A stretch of DNA of 64,000 nt from NCBI GenBank assembly GCA_033763315.1, contig JANRKS010000020.1, forward strand, positions 54,489 to 118,488. Direction: 5' to 3'. This stretch comes from Deltaproteobacteria bacterium (GTDB taxonomy: Bacteria > Myxococcota_A > Polyangia > Fen-1088). The notes under the pieces are model-generated. The model did no database searches and was not told where the DNA came from. It saw only the letters and a list, made by a program, of their open reading frames with translations. The position numbers were made by a program, and so were the translations under genes. Shown in pieces: positions 1-10,493 of the stretch; within the stretch, counting starts at the first letter, position 1; every line of letters begins with the position of its first letter.

Positions 1-399
1 CAGCCACTTCGCCGCCGATTGCGCCGCCGACGCCAGACCCATCGGTGCGTTTTGCTGCGACCATGCCGACAACGTCGTCTCCGACAAGGCTCGCACGCGC
101 GCGTCAGCATCGAACAAAGCGAGGTGTCGCAGCAGGTGCACCGTGTCGGGGTGTTTGATCCGCGACATCACCTCAACCAACCGAAGGCGGCCATCTGGCT
201 TTGCAGAATGCAACGCCGTTTCGATTTGAGGCAGCGCGCGCAAACCATGGTTCACCAGCGCGGCGGCCGCCGGCGGCACGAACGCATCGTCACGGTTCAC
301 CACCACGTGGATGTTGCCGTGAATGTCTTTGTGAACGTCGCCTTCACAGGCAGCCACCGTCAAGACAGCCAGCAAGCTTATGCGGGCTAAGCCAAACAA
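1..399 (-). CDS. Lipoprotein with HEAT-like helical repeats (runs off the left edge; not in ORF track)
   Basis: Manual minus-strand translation from TTG at 399: MFGLARISLLAVLTVAAC-EGDVH...ALPQIETALH...DADARVRALSETTL. Lipobox VAAC; overlaps the dusB stop. Confidence 0.55.
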   Translation of the reverse strand, partial: MFGLARISLLAVLTVAACEGDVHKDIHGNIHVVVNRDDAFVPPAAAALVNHGLRALPQIETALHSAKPDGRLRLVEVMSRIKHPDTVHLLRHLALFDADARVRALSETTLSAWSQQNAPMGLASAAQSAAKWL

Positions 400-1475
400 A
401 GTTCTTCCGCCTCGACGCGCTCGCCGTTGCGGCGGCTGTGGCGCGCCATTGATTTTTTCAAAGGGTCAGCGGGCTCCACATAGATATCGTCGCCCAACCC
501 GCGCAGCTTCTCGAAGAAGCTTTCACCAAGGTCAATCAATGCGGCGGGCGACGTGTGTGCGAAAGCCGCCTGGCGCAAATGAGCGCCACCATGCAGCCCC
601 TTTGAGTACCACGCCAAAGTTTTGCGCAGCTCGTGCAGCACCATGCGAGGAGGGCTGTGCTCTTGCACCAAGGCCGCGTGGCGCGACCACACGGTTTGTC
701 GCTCTTGCAGTGTGGGCTCGCCTGGATCTTCTTCGCCTTGCTCCAGCGCCAACAGCGAGCGGAAGATCCAAGGGTTGCCGCGCGAGCCGCGTCCGATCAT
801 CACGCCATCACAGTTGGTGACGGACTTCATACGCTGGTAATCGGCCACCGTTTTCACATCGCCGTTGCCCAACAGCGGGATCTCTTTCGGCAGCCGGTGA
901 CGCACTTGCGCGATGGGCTCAAGCTGCGCGTCGCCCGCAAACCCTTGCGCACGCGTTCGGCCATGCACGGTGATCATCGCTGCACCCGCGTCCACCATTT
1001 GCAATGCAAACTCAGGCGCGTTGATGCTGCACTCATCCCACCCCAAACGGTGTTTCACCGTCACGGGAATGTGGCTCGATAAGGCCGCGCGCACGGATCT
1101 GACCAGCGTTGCCGCCAAATCAGGTTCACGCATCAGCGCTGAGCCACACAGGCCTGAAACGACCTTCTTGGCCGGACACCCCATGTTGATGTCCACGATG
1201 GACGCGCCCGCTTGCTCTGCCATACGCGCCGCCGCCGCCAAACTTTGCGGATCGCGCCCAAAAATCTGCACCACGAAGGCGCGGTTTTCGTAGCTTGGCC
1301 ACATGCGGCTGACGGCTTTTTCGGCACCGCGAGTCAAAGCTTCCGCTGAGAGGAACTCAGTGAACGTGATCGAAGCGCCTTGCTCTTCGCACACCGTGCG
1401 GAACGAAAGATCGGTCACCGCCTCCATAGGAGCCAAGACAAGGCCTGGTCCCAGATCAACATTGCCGACGCGCAT
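387..1475 (-). CDS. dusB: tRNA-dihydrouridine synthase
   Basis: LAPMEAVTD, DINMGCP, GSALMREP, TVHGRT, GNGDV and MIGRG motifs. Confidence 0.92.
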   Translation of the reverse strand: MRVGNVDLGPGLVLAPMEAVTDLSFRTVCEEQGASITFTEFLSAEALTRGAEKAVSRMWPSYENRAFVVQIFGRDPQSLAAAARMAEQAGASIVDINMGCPAKKVVSGLCGSALMREPDLAATLVRSVRAALSSHIPVTVKHRLGWDECSINAPEFALQMVDAGAAMITVHGRTRAQGFAGDAQLEPIAQVRHRLPKEIPLLGNGDVKTVADYQRMKSVTNCDGVMIGRGSRGNPWIFRSLLALEQGEEDPGEPTLQERQTVWSRHAALVQEHSPPRMVLHELRKTLAWYSKGLHGGAHLRQAAFAHTSPAALIDLGESFFEKLRGLGDDIYVEPADPLKKSMARHSRRNGERVEAEELCLA

Positions 1476-1529
1476 AAGGCGCCCAGTATACGGGACGCCC
1501 CCAAGCGGCGCCGCCGCAAAACCTGGGCC

Positions 1530-2867
1530 TCAAAACACTGTGATGGTCGCGGTCCCCGTGACGCCGTCAAAAACGCCACTAATGGTGGCTTTGCCCGCCG
1601 ACACCGCCGTGGCTTGGCCGCGCGACATCACGGCCACCACCGCGGTATCCAGGCTGGAAAACCGCGTTTGGTCGGTGACGATGCGGCTGGTGCCATCGGA
1701 GAAGAACGCCGTGGCTGTGTATTGCAAGCGTGTGCCGCGCGGCACCTCGGTCTCCACGGGCGTCAGTCGCAGTAGCGCAACGGTCAGGTCGCGGCAGGTG
1801 AGCGTGCCAGACGTTGAAAAGCCGTCGAAGGACGCAACAACCATCGTTTCGCCGATGCCTCGGCATGTGGCTTGCCCCCGCTCAACCGTGGCCACAAGTG
1901 GGTTGGTCGCGAGCCAAACCCCCGCATTTGTGACGTTGCGCTGGGTGCCGTCGTTAAACAGCGCGGTGGCCCTAAACGACACCGTTTCACCCACGCGACG
2001 TGCGGCATCTGGCGGTTCGAGAACAAGTGACAAGCGCGCGTCTTGCGTGACGTTGATGACCGCCGCGGCCTCTTGGCCCGACATCTTGGCCAGGATTTTG
2101 GCGGTGCCCACCGCCTGTCCCAACGCCAGTCCAGGAACGTCCAGGTGGTTGACGGCGGCCACCTCGGGAGCGGTGCTGGTCCACGTGACGTCCGCCGTAA
2201 CGTCGCGCTGTTGCCCCGACGCGAAGATCCCTAAGGCGAAGAACTGCACCACACCGGCTGTGTTGATCGTGGTTTCAGTGGGGCGCAGAGACAATGCCGT
2301 GAGTGTGTCGGCCGTGACGCGCACTGTGGCCGTCGCCTTTTGGCCCATGAACTCGGCCACCACCCGCGCCTCCCCCACGAGGACGCCCGTGATGCGGCCA
2401 GGGCGGTTCGGCACGGTGGCCGCGATCATCGACTCAACGAACCACGTCGCCATGTTGGTCACGTCGCGGCTAGGGGCATCCGGAAAAGCCAGCGAAACCC
2501 TCAATTGAACGCTTTGCCCCACTGTGACAGAGGACGAAGCCGGGTCGATAACGAGCTTGCCTGCCACGCTCCCTCCCGCGCCGCCCAACCCACCCCGGCC
2601 ACCCACCACAACGCCGCCCCCTGCGCCGCCGCGGGCGCCGGACCCGCCGGTGCCACCGCGGGCGCCAAACCCGCCGGTGCCAGGCGCGCCGCCACCGGCA
2701 AAGAATCCGCCTTCGCCCCCCTCGTCCAACCCTCCCGGGCCCCCCACGTCGCCCTCTGGGCCTAAAGACGTGCGTCCGCAGGCCGTGGCGATGAACGCCA
2801 ACAAAATCAAGGTGGCGGGTGCGGCCCCCGAACCACTTAACCACCGGCAACGCGTAATCTCGTGCAT
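1530..2867 (-). CDS. Lipoprotein with Gly-rich linker and four Ig-like (Big_2) domains
   Basis: Lipobox ATAC, GGxGG linker, repeated 'RDVT..xW.S..P.VA.V...G' units. Confidence 0.8.
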   Translation of the reverse strand: MHEITRCRWLSGSGAAPATLILLAFIATACGRTSLGPEGDVGGPGGLDEGGEGGFFAGGGAPGTGGFGARGGTGGSGARGGAGGGVVVGGRGGLGGAGGSVAGKLVIDPASSSVTVGQSVQLRVSLAFPDAPSRDVTNMATWFVESMIAATVPNRPGRITGVLVGEARVVAEFMGQKATATVRVTADTLTALSLRPTETTINTAGVVQFFALGIFASGQQRDVTADVTWTSTAPEVAAVNHLDVPGLALGQAVGTAKILAKMSGQEAAAVINVTQDARLSLVLEPPDAARRVGETVSFRATALFNDGTQRNVTNAGVWLATNPLVATVERGQATCRGIGETMVVASFDGFSTSGTLTCRDLTVALLRLTPVETEVPRGTRLQYTATAFFSDGTSRIVTDQTRFSSLDTAVVAVMSRGQATAVSAGKATISGVFDGVTGTATITVF

Positions 2868-2979
2868 AAGAAACTCCCGCGGTGGAACAGCCGCGTGTGG
2901 CTCATGATGTCGCAGGCGCGGCGCAAGAGCAATGAATCCGTCGGCCTTGCTGCCTTGCCCCTGCTACGCTCGGCTAACG

Positions 2980-3654
2980 ATGCCCAGCCCGGCCGAACGC
3001 TTTCGGATGCGCGCCAAAGCCCGCAAAAGCTCGTTGCCCGGCAGCGACGGTCCGTTCGCTTCGTTCCTCGAACGGCACAAAGAGCGCGAGCAGCGGGAGC
3101 GTCGCAAACGCCGCATCTTCTTGGCCTCCTTGGCGGTGCACGTTGTGGTGTTTAGCGTAGTGTTTCTGCTATCGGCGTGGAAGGTCGACGAACTTTTTGG
3201 CCGCCGCGTCGAGGTGAGTGTGGTGCCTGCGAGCCAAGGCGAGGGCCAAGGAGCGGATGGCAAACCAAAGCACACCAATCCCACCAACATCAGCCGCGCC
3301 CTGGGCCTGCGGCTGGTGGTGACGCCGGGGGGCTCGCGCACGGAGCCGCGCGGCGACACGTCGCCCGTCTCTCCCGAAGTGCTGCAACAACTGCAACCTT
3401 TGGTGCTGAACAAGTTGCTGCCTGCGCTCACATATCCAGCGCTTGCCAAAGATCAGCAATTGCGCGGAGCCGTAACCGTGCTTGTCGACGTGGACGACGC
3501 AGGCAAAGCCACCGCGCTTGACGTAAAGCTGCCTTGCTCGAACACCTTGCTGTGCCAAGCCACCAAAGACGCTGTCGCGCAACTTAAGGGATGGCCCAGC
3601 GCCAGCTTGGGTGTTCGCTCGTTTGCTGTGCCCGTCGACTACCGCTTCGAATAG
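2980..3654 (+). CDS. TonB-family energy transducer
   Basis: TM helix ASLAVH; C-terminal YPALAKDQQLRGAVTVLVDVD...VPVDYRF (TonB_C). Start taken as ATG 2980. Confidence 0.7.
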   Translation: MPSPAERFRMRAKARKSSLPGSDGPFASFLERHKEREQRERRKRRIFLASLAVHVVVFSVVFLLSAWKVDELFGRRVEVSVVPASQGEGQGADGKPKHTNPTNISRALGLRLVVTPGGSRTEPRGDTSPVSPEVLQQLQPLVLNKLLPALTYPALAKDQQLRGAVTVLVDVDDAGKATALDVKLPCSNTLLCQATKDAVAQLKGWPSASLGVRSFAVPVDYRFE

Positions 3655-3662
3655 CGTTTGCG

Positions 3663-4628
3663 CTAGCGCACGCAGCGCACCCAATGGGCTTCGCTCATGC
3701 CCGCTTCTTCAGTGGTGCCGTCGCGCACGTCGACGAATACGTAGTTCATCAATCCGGATTTGTTGACGGGCGTCGCCGTCCAGAACAGCGCCGCGGGCGT
3801 GTTGGGAAAAAGCGCCGCATCGATCGCCGGCTGTTGCTTCGTTTCGTCCACAATTGTTTGCAGCTCTTTGGTTGAAGGCAACCGCCACCCATTCTTCAAA
3901 CCGGCGCAATAGTCCTTCGCAGACTCCCACACGAGCTCTTGATCCAAGATGTTGCGTTGCCACGTCAGCAGTGTGTTTCGATCAAACACAGTTGCGCTTG
4001 TGATGTCATAACGAGGCAGCACGCCCGGGCCACCCCCGCGCACACAGCGCACATGCCCGCTGGGGCCGGCGGTTTGCCCAAACGCCGTGAGCCCTGCACC
4101 GAAGTAAACGCTGAACGCATACACCGTTCCGTTGGCCGTAGGCGAAGACGACCAGAAATAATCGTTGGCTGTGTTGGGAAACGCTTCCTGATCAATGCTG
4201 GGCAAGCGCGTAAAATCAACCAGGGATACAAGCTCAATGCGGCTTGGTACACGCCAATCGCCGCGACCTTCGAGCTCAAGCTCCTCGCAATATTGTTTGG
4301 CGTCGGCCCACGTTTTCTTTTCCGTAAATCCCCGCTGCCACGTCAACCCGGATGTGGTCTCTGTCGCGGTCGCCGCCGTCAGCACATACGTGGCTGTGGC
4401 CGACGAAGGCACGCCGGGCGGGCTCGGCATGCGCCACGTGGCATACGTCAATGGGGGGCAGGGCAAAGGAGCGTTGGCGCCGCAAACGCTCAGCGTGTCA
4501 ACACTGGCATCGGCGGCCACAGCGTCAACCGAAGCATCGGTGTTGCCTGCATCGACCACAGCGTCCTGATCGTCGTGACACGCCGCCACGGCGAGCGCCG
4601 CAAACCACAAGCGTCGCGCTCCTGTCAT
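3663..4628 (-). CDS. DUF1566 (Lcl-type) domain lipoprotein, two domains
   Basis: Lipobox VAAC; twice 'T.LTWQ...W..AK.YC..L...WR.PS..EL..xVD...W....VRCVR'. Confidence 0.88.
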   Translation of the reverse strand: MTGARRLWFAALAVAACHDDQDAVVDAGNTDASVDAVAADASVDTLSVCGANAPLPCPPLTYATWRMPSPPGVPSSATATYVLTAATATETTSGLTWQRGFTEKKTWADAKQYCEELELEGRGDWRVPSRIELVSLVDFTRLPSIDQEAFPNTANDYFWSSSPTANGTVYAFSVYFGAGLTAFGQTAGPSGHVRCVRGGGPGVLPRYDITSATVFDRNTLLTWQRNILDQELVWESAKDYCAGLKNGWRLPSTKELQTIVDETKQQPAIDAALFPNTPAALFWTATPVNKSGLMNYVFVDVRDGTTEEAGMSEAHWVRCVR

Positions 4629-4637
4629 ACCTACGTC

Positions 4638-5966
4638 CTAACGCTTACGCCGCCGGCGCGCAATCCCCCTGAACACCAGTGCCACCATAGCCCAGCCAAG
4701 CAGCGACGCCACGCCGATACGCCCGCGCCCGCCCACGCTGCAAAACCCACCACTTGCGTCACCGCCAGCGCGTTTATACCCGTCGAAGAAGTCTCGCGTG
4801 GGGATGGGCTTTTGCAACAAGACAGATGTGATCGGGCTCGCGTTGCCGTTCAAGTCAAGCGTGGCCACGCCCACGAGATAGGGGATGTTGTTCTGCAGCC
4901 CTGTGATCCGCACTGATCGTTGTGTACGCAAAAGATCAGAACACACATACGCGGGGTTCAAGCTCCGAAACGGGTCAGGCGCCCCATATTCAACACCTTT
5001 GCTGGCATTCGACTCATCGGTGCCGGCGTCATCCGGAGCGGCCGCGTCGGTGTTTCCCGCATTGTCGTCTGGAGTCACAACCGTCAGCGCCTGACGCAAA
5101 GGCCCCAAGTCGCCTTGCGACAACGATTGGCTCACCACCTTGCCCGGGCACTCGGTGGTGGGTGTGTGAAATTGCCCGTCGTAAGGACTCTCCTTAAAAA
5201 CGCTAAACTCACCGCGGCTGCAGAAGACGGTGTAACCACGAAAATCCGCAACGCCCTGGCTTTGCTGCCAACTGACTTCAAGCGCTTCGTTGCCCGGGGT
5301 CACTTTGATCGATTCGCGATCGGGAGGGGAGGGTGGCTGGCCGTCGTAGTCCACCGACAGCGTCGGGGCCGCGTCGTCGTTCAGATCCGGAATGCCGTCT
5401 CCATTCGTGTCGATTGCTAAACGAATCGACTGTTGTCCCTGCGCACCGCACGCATTGCCTTCTCGCCCAAACAACCAGCTTACCGGGAAGGTGAACGTCG
5501 GCCGATCGGGGGATCGAGCGAAAGCGGCCAAATTGATGTTATCGATGGTTCGGCAAGCCGCCGCAGACATCGTGGTGGGGTTATTGGAAACGCATGCGGC
5601 ATCGCCAATCAAAATCTTGATGGTGTCCTTGCGCTGGGTAAACAACGTCTTTTTGGCGGCACCCTGGGAGGAGAAATAGAGTTCAAGCCTGATCTGCGTG
5701 CCGCATTGGCAGCGCGCATTGTTGAAATAGTATTTTTGTTCGAAGTCGGAGAACACGCTCCATTCGCCGTTATCCTTCTTGCGCAGCAAACGCATGAGGA
5801 AATCGGCTTTCACCGGTACACCGGGGTTCGCGGTTCCCGAGGCCCCACCGGTGCCCGTGGTGGTTCCTGTGGGGTTCGTTTGAGCTTGGACGAAGCCGAG
5901 CGGCGAACCGACGATACACATCGTTAAAAGGGCGACAGCGACATAAACAGAGCGCACACCGCGCAT
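4638..5966 (-). CDS. Secreted FnIII-domain protein with MYXO-CTERM-like anchor
   Basis: Signal peptide; PGNEALEVSW...ITGLQNNIPY (FnIII); C-terminal GGFCSVG + TM + RRRRKR. ORF extends to 6005. Confidence 0.7.
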   Translation of the reverse strand: MRGVRSVYVAVALLTMCIVGSPLGFVQAQTNPTGTTTGTGGASGTANPGVPVKADFLMRLLRKKDNGEWSVFSDFEQKYYFNNARCQCGTQIRLELYFSSQGAAKKTLFTQRKDTIKILIGDAACVSNNPTTMSAAACRTIDNINLAAFARSPDRPTFTFPVSWLFGREGNACGAQGQQSIRLAIDTNGDGIPDLNDDAAPTLSVDYDGQPPSPPDRESIKVTPGNEALEVSWQQSQGVADFRGYTVFCSRGEFSVFKESPYDGQFHTPTTECPGKVVSQSLSQGDLGPLRQALTVVTPDDNAGNTDAAAPDDAGTDESNASKGVEYGAPDPFRSLNPAYVCSDLLRTQRSVRITGLQNNIPYLVGVATLDLNGNASPITSVLLQKPIPTRDFFDGYKRAGGDASGGFCSVGGRGRIGVASLLGWAMVALVFRGIARRRRKR

Positions 5967-6011
5967 CCTAGCACCTTGGCGCCCCCCGAGGTGCAGCCCC
6001 TCCATGCGGCT

Positions 6012-8294
6012 TTACGCCGCTTTTCGCGTCTGCAGCCGCTCTTTGCAAAGCGCTTCCACGGCGGTTACCTGGTGCGCCAGTTCGTTCAATTGCGCGGTGT
6101 TGAGCTGCCGCGTGCCAAATCGGACGGCCTCGTACGTCGCGACGATGCCCCCATAATCTTTCGCCAATGCGGACTCGGCTCGGCAAGCACGCTGCAAATG
6201 TTCCCGTGGTGTCTCTGATGCCTGCTTGGTGACGCCCAACGAACCCACCGCGCGAACGGACCGCTCGTAAAGCTTCTGCACAGCCCCTTGCGCCCCCGCG
6301 CGCGGCACCAGCCGTTGGCCAGGTTTCACGCGGCGCTTGCGGATGCGAAGCGCCACGTAGACTGCCAAACCAAAGGCCACCACACCGTAAACGAGGCGTT
6401 TATCGGGCTTAGGCAACGAGAAAGCTGACCCCGGCTGGCGTTTGAACCCGAGCGACTTTGCCAGCCCTCGTGCCAGATCAAGCTGGCGGCTGGCGTCGTA
6501 TTCAATCACCCACTGCCCCCACCACAACTCAATCGAGTCTGCGACTTGTTTAAGCCGGCTCATGCGCGAAGGCCGCGAGATGGCGGGGGTCGCATCCATG
6601 CGCGTCCAACCGAACCCAGAAAAATACACTTCCGTCCACGAGTGCGCGCGGTTGTCACGCACTGTCACCAGATTGGATAGATCGTTCCACTCGCCGCCCA
6701 AAAAGCCATTCACATACCGGGTGGGCACGTCCGCGATCCGCAGCATGATGGCGGCCGCCGTCGCGAAGTATTCGCAATGACCGCTGCTTTGAACCATCAG
6801 GAAATCTTCAAGTGGATCTTTAACGGAAGGATCGCGCTTAAGATCGAGCGAGTACGTCTTGCTCCTGTGCAGCCACGTCATCACCGCCTGCGCTCGCGCG
6901 GCCGGTGTCTTGTGGTCAGCGGTGATGCGTCTCACCAACCCCGACAGACGCTTCCGTAGATCTGCAGGCACTTGCAGGTATGGTGCAAGCAAGCCCTCGG
7001 GCAGCTCGGTTATGGCTTTGGCCGCGCCTGGGCGCGCACGCCGCAAGCTATCAATGGAGTAGGCCACGTAGCGTGCCCCCGCAAAATCCGCCAACGGCAA
7101 CGCCCGCCCATAAGGCGAGGTACGCATCGTGCGCAGAGCGGCTTCGCCCGAATACCGAGCCTCAATTTGTGTTGATAAGAAGGCACCTGTCGCCGGCTCC
7201 TCCACTTCAAACGCCACAGGCGAATCCAACGCAAACGCCACCGGCAAGCTCACTCCCATGATTTGAATCTCCTGCCGATCGGCCAACGCAAGCAGTTCCT
7301 TTCTCGACGGAGGTTTATCGGGCGTCTCGGGACCAGAAACCCATCTCCATTGATTGGGCCCTTGGCCAAACCCCGTGGAAAGCTTGGTGCGCGTGAGATC
7401 GGATCGTGACCGCAACCACTGGCCGTTTTCGTACGTGTCGTAAACGGTGCCACGCCAATAAAGGCTTGCAATCACGGCGTCGCGTGCTTCTTCTGAGGGC
7501 TGGTCAAGCAAACGTGGCATTCCCACGCGCAAGATCACCGTTTGGTTGTCGCTTGAGATGTTGCCGTGGTGGCCAAGCTCCACTTGATCACTAAAGCCTG
7601 CCACGCTGCCATGGCGTCGCACGCCGCCCGTCAAAAAACCAATGCCGATGCGGGGCGCCAGCGCGAACACAATGGTTGCCCCAGCCAGCACGGCCAATGC
7701 CGCGGCGGCCGTGGCATAAAAAAACGGGCGCCCCACCACGCGACGTGAATCCAACACGCGTGCGGCTGTCACCCGTTGTGCGGCCGTGGAAGCTTCGTGC
7801 TTCACTAAGTAATTGTCTTCAATCTCTCGGCGCAAGTGAAACAAGATGAGCGCCCACACCAACGCCACCACATACACCGCGAATCCCAGCGCAAACAAAG
7901 CGCTTTGCGCCAACCACGAGGCGGCCAAGATTAACAGAAAGGCCAGAATGTAAAGCTGCATGTAATCGCGGTTGGTTTTCCGCTGCATCAGCTTGTAGCC
8001 CACCAACACCAATACTAAATCAAGCAGCGCGGTCAGATCGGGTTCAGGGAAGGACTGAACCAACGAAAACACCGTGATGCAGAAGTACCCCAGGACCAGA
8101 ACTTTGAACGGCAAATCAAGCCGCACGAGCCACGCGCTCAGCTGGCTTTCGGGCTCCGCGAACCACGACAAAGTTCCCACGATCAGGCACGCGGCGATCT
8201 GAGCGAACGTCAAATTGCCTGCCGCTGCCAAAGTGCCAATGGCGGCGGCCACCATCAAATAAGACGAAGCTTTATGAGCGGCTCTGAACCTCAC
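6012..8294 (-). CDS. TgpA-like membrane transglutaminase (DUF3488 + transglutaminase + DUF4129)
   Basis: Multi-TM N-terminus, YWRG, GHCEYFA, AHSWTEVY, DATP catalytic motifs. Confidence 0.9.
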   Translation of the reverse strand: MRFRAAHKASSYLMVAAAIGTLAAAGNLTFAQIAACLIVGTLSWFAEPESQLSAWLVRLDLPFKVLVLGYFCITVFSLVQSFPEPDLTALLDLVLVLVGYKLMQRKTNRDYMQLYILAFLLILAASWLAQSALFALGFAVYVVALVWALILFHLRREIEDNYLVKHEASTAAQRVTAARVLDSRRVVGRPFFYATAAAALAVLAGATIVFALAPRIGIGFLTGGVRRHGSVAGFSDQVELGHHGNISSDNQTVILRVGMPRLLDQPSEEARDAVIASLYWRGTVYDTYENGQWLRSRSDLTRTKLSTGFGQGPNQWRWVSGPETPDKPPSRKELLALADRQEIQIMGVSLPVAFALDSPVAFEVEEPATGAFLSTQIEARYSGEAALRTMRTSPYGRALPLADFAGARYVAYSIDSLRRARPGAAKAITELPEGLLAPYLQVPADLRKRLSGLVRRITADHKTPAARAQAVMTWLHRSKTYSLDLKRDPSVKDPLEDFLMVQSSGHCEYFATAAAIMLRIADVPTRYVNGFLGGEWNDLSNLVTVRDNRAHSWTEVYFSGFGWTRMDATPAISRPSRMSRLKQVADSIELWWGQWVIEYDASRQLDLARGLAKSLGFKRQPGSAFSLPKPDKRLVYGVVAFGLAVYVALRIRKRRVKPGQRLVPRAGAQGAVQKLYERSVRAVGSLGVTKQASETPREHLQRACRAESALAKDYGGIVATYEAVRFGTRQLNTAQLNELAHQVTAVEALCKERLQTRKAA

Positions 8295-9427
8295 GCGGCT
8301 TGCCCTCGCGCACCACTGGCCAATGTCACGCGGGGCGCGCTATCCGCCATTGTTACGCGCGCCACGACCACGGCCGTGCCCAATGCGCCGCTTGGTGCCT
8401 TCACATCGTCCATGGTCACGAGCGCCAAAGCAGCCAGCAGCGCGTGGCTTTGCTGGTTGCCTGCGCGCGATCCCACGCTCACCTGGCCGGCGGACAAGCC
8501 CACCTCATAGCCGCGCTTCAAGAACCACAACCCCACCGACGCGGCCATAGAAACGGCCTGCTCGAAAGCCTGGTTTTCGTTTTCCTGCCGCACTTCGGCC
8601 CACTGAAGTTTCACCACCACGCGGCCGCCCGCATCGTCTTCATGCTCGCGCACGAGCCATCGACCGCGTCGTGCCGAACTTCGCCAGTGGATCTGCCGTG
8701 GATCATCGCCTTCGCGGTATTCGCGCAGCCCGTGAAATTCCCCTGACCGCGATGCACGTGCGTTGCGGCGATCCGGCAAAGGCGCGCCGCCCTCGGCCGC
8801 CAATAACTGTGGCACCGGCACAAGCGCGGGGTACACCAACATCTGCGCGTTGGCTGGGATATCGTGCGCTTTGCGAATCAACCCGAATGGAAACCGCGTT
8901 GACACGCGAAAGCCCACTAAGCGATGCACGCCCCGGTGGTTCACCACATTGCGGTACGCCGTCTCTTGTTCGCGTCCGGCGGGGATCTTTAAGAAATAGC
9001 AACGCCGCTCCACAGGGCGCTCGTCCGTGAGATCTTCCACTTCCAAGGAAAACGTGGGCGTGCGCTTCTTGTTGTTGCGTACGCCAATGCCCATCAAAAA
9101 CGGCGTGCCCGCATGGATGGCCGTGGGCAACTTGCGCGTCACCACCAAATGCCGCAGGCACAACTCCGACATGATGCCGCTGGCCAAGATCAAAAACAGC
9201 ATCATGCCGAACACCAAGAACAGCAGGTTCAACCCAGCGTTCACAGCGGCGGCGCCCACCACCAACGTGGCGCACATGAACCAAACGCCTTCACGCGTGG
9301 TTGGCAGACGTTTCCATAAACTGCGCTTCTTGCGAGCCCCGCCCGCGCGCGCAGGTGGCTCAGGCATCAACGTGCCGTGAATCGACGACGGCCGCGGCGG
9401 CGTGGTGCGTTCACGAGCCGAACTCAT
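8291..9427 (-). CDS. DUF58 domain protein
   Basis: RFPFGL, EFHGLREYREGDDPRQIHWRSSAR; start uncertain (9427-9475). Confidence 0.88.
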   Translation of the reverse strand: MSSARERTTPPRPSSIHGTLMPEPPARAGGARKKRSLWKRLPTTREGVWFMCATLVVGAAAVNAGLNLLFLVFGMMLFLILASGIMSELCLRHLVVTRKLPTAIHAGTPFLMGIGVRNNKKRTPTFSLEVEDLTDERPVERRCYFLKIPAGREQETAYRNVVNHRGVHRLVGFRVSTRFPFGLIRKAHDIPANAQMLVYPALVPVPQLLAAEGGAPLPDRRNARASRSGEFHGLREYREGDDPRQIHWRSSARRGRWLVREHEDDAGGRVVVKLQWAEVRQENENQAFEQAVSMAASVGLWFLKRGYEVGLSAGQVSVGSRAGNQQSHALLAALALVTMDDVKAPSGALGTAVVVARVTMADSAPRVTLASGARGQAA

Positions 9428-9437
9428 CTGACCACTC

Positions 9438-10424
9438 CTAACCCGGCACAGGGAACTGATTGACGATCTCGCCAATCACACGTTCGGCGTCATCGCGCGC
9501 GCGCCCACCTTCGGTGTGGTGGGCCAGCAGCACGCGGTGTGAAAGCGCTGCTACGGCGGTGCCCTTGAGATCATCGGGCAAAACAAAGTCCCGCCCGTCG
9601 GCCAAAGCGGAGGCCTTCGCTATGTTCCGCCACGCCAACTGGCCCCGCGGTGAAATGCCCAACGACAAAAACGGCGACCGGCGCGTCTCCCCCGCCACCG
9701 CCACGATGTAATCCGCGAGCTCCGGCGACAGCCGCACGCGATCAGCAGCCTCTTGCAACGAAAGAATGTCGCGCAACAAAACGGCCGGCTTAATGGCCTC
9801 TACGGCCGCACCGGCCTTGCCCGGCATTTCCAGCAGCAAACGGCGCTCGTCTTCGGGCTTGGGGTAATCCAGCCGAATCCGCAGCACGAACCGATCCATT
9901 TGCGATTCAGGCAAAGGATAGGTGCCGTAGTGTTCTTCGGGATTCTGCGTGGCGATCACCATGAACGGCGTATCAAGTTTGTGCGTCTTGCCATCCACCG
10001 ACACCTGGCCATCGTTCATCGCCTCAAGCAGCGCGCTTTGCGTGCGCGGTGTGGTTCGGTTGATCTCGTCGGCCAAAACAACGTTCGCAAAAATCGCCCC
10101 GGGCTTAAAATCAAACATTCCGGTGCGCTGATCGAGCAACGACACGCCAATGATGTCGGAGGGCAACAGATCGCTTGTGAACTGAATGCGGTGAAACGTT
10201 CCACCGATCGACCCGGCCAGCGCGCGCGCCAGTGTGGTCTTGCCCACCCCCGGTACGTCCTCAATTAACAAATGCCCCCGCGCCACCAGCGCCATGACAG
10301 CGCTGCGAATGGCCTCCGCCTTCCCGCGAATCACCTTCGCGATGTTCGCCTCAAGGCGGGCGATTAACTCCGACGAGTCTGCTTCGTAACCCTCGGCGGC
10401 AACAATACGGGTCATTTTTTCCAC
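9438..10424 (-). CDS. MoxR family AAA+ ATPase
   Basis: HLLIEDVPGVGKT, RIQFTSDLLPSD, LADEINR, ATQNP, YPLPESQMDRF. Confidence 0.95.
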   Translation of the reverse strand: MEKMTRIVAAEGYEADSSELIARLEANIAKVIRGKAEAIRSAVMALVARGHLLIEDVPGVGKTTLARALAGSIGGTFHRIQFTSDLLPSDIIGVSLLDQRTGMFDFKPGAIFANVVLADEINRTTPRTQSALLEAMNDGQVSVDGKTHKLDTPFMVIATQNPEEHYGTYPLPESQMDRFVLRIRLDYPKPEDERRLLLEMPGKAGAAVEAIKPAVLLRDILSLQEAADRVRLSPELADYIVAVAGETRRSPFLSLGISPRGQLAWRNIAKASALADGRDFVLPDDLKGTAVAALSHRVLLAHHTEGGRARDDAERVIGEIVNQFPVPG

Positions 10425-10493
10425 TATACCAGCCTTCCTATCCTCGGCTCTCTGGCGGCTGGCTTGAGGGGAACCAGCGAATTGGGAAGGCGA

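Noticed and set aside
19-390. Plus-strand ORF, and the many antisense or overlapping ORFs in the track (e.g. 1303-2508, 3939-4916, 56913-57926, 62666-63493)
   Set aside because: Shadow frames of well-supported genes on the opposite strand or in another frame, typical of high-GC DNA
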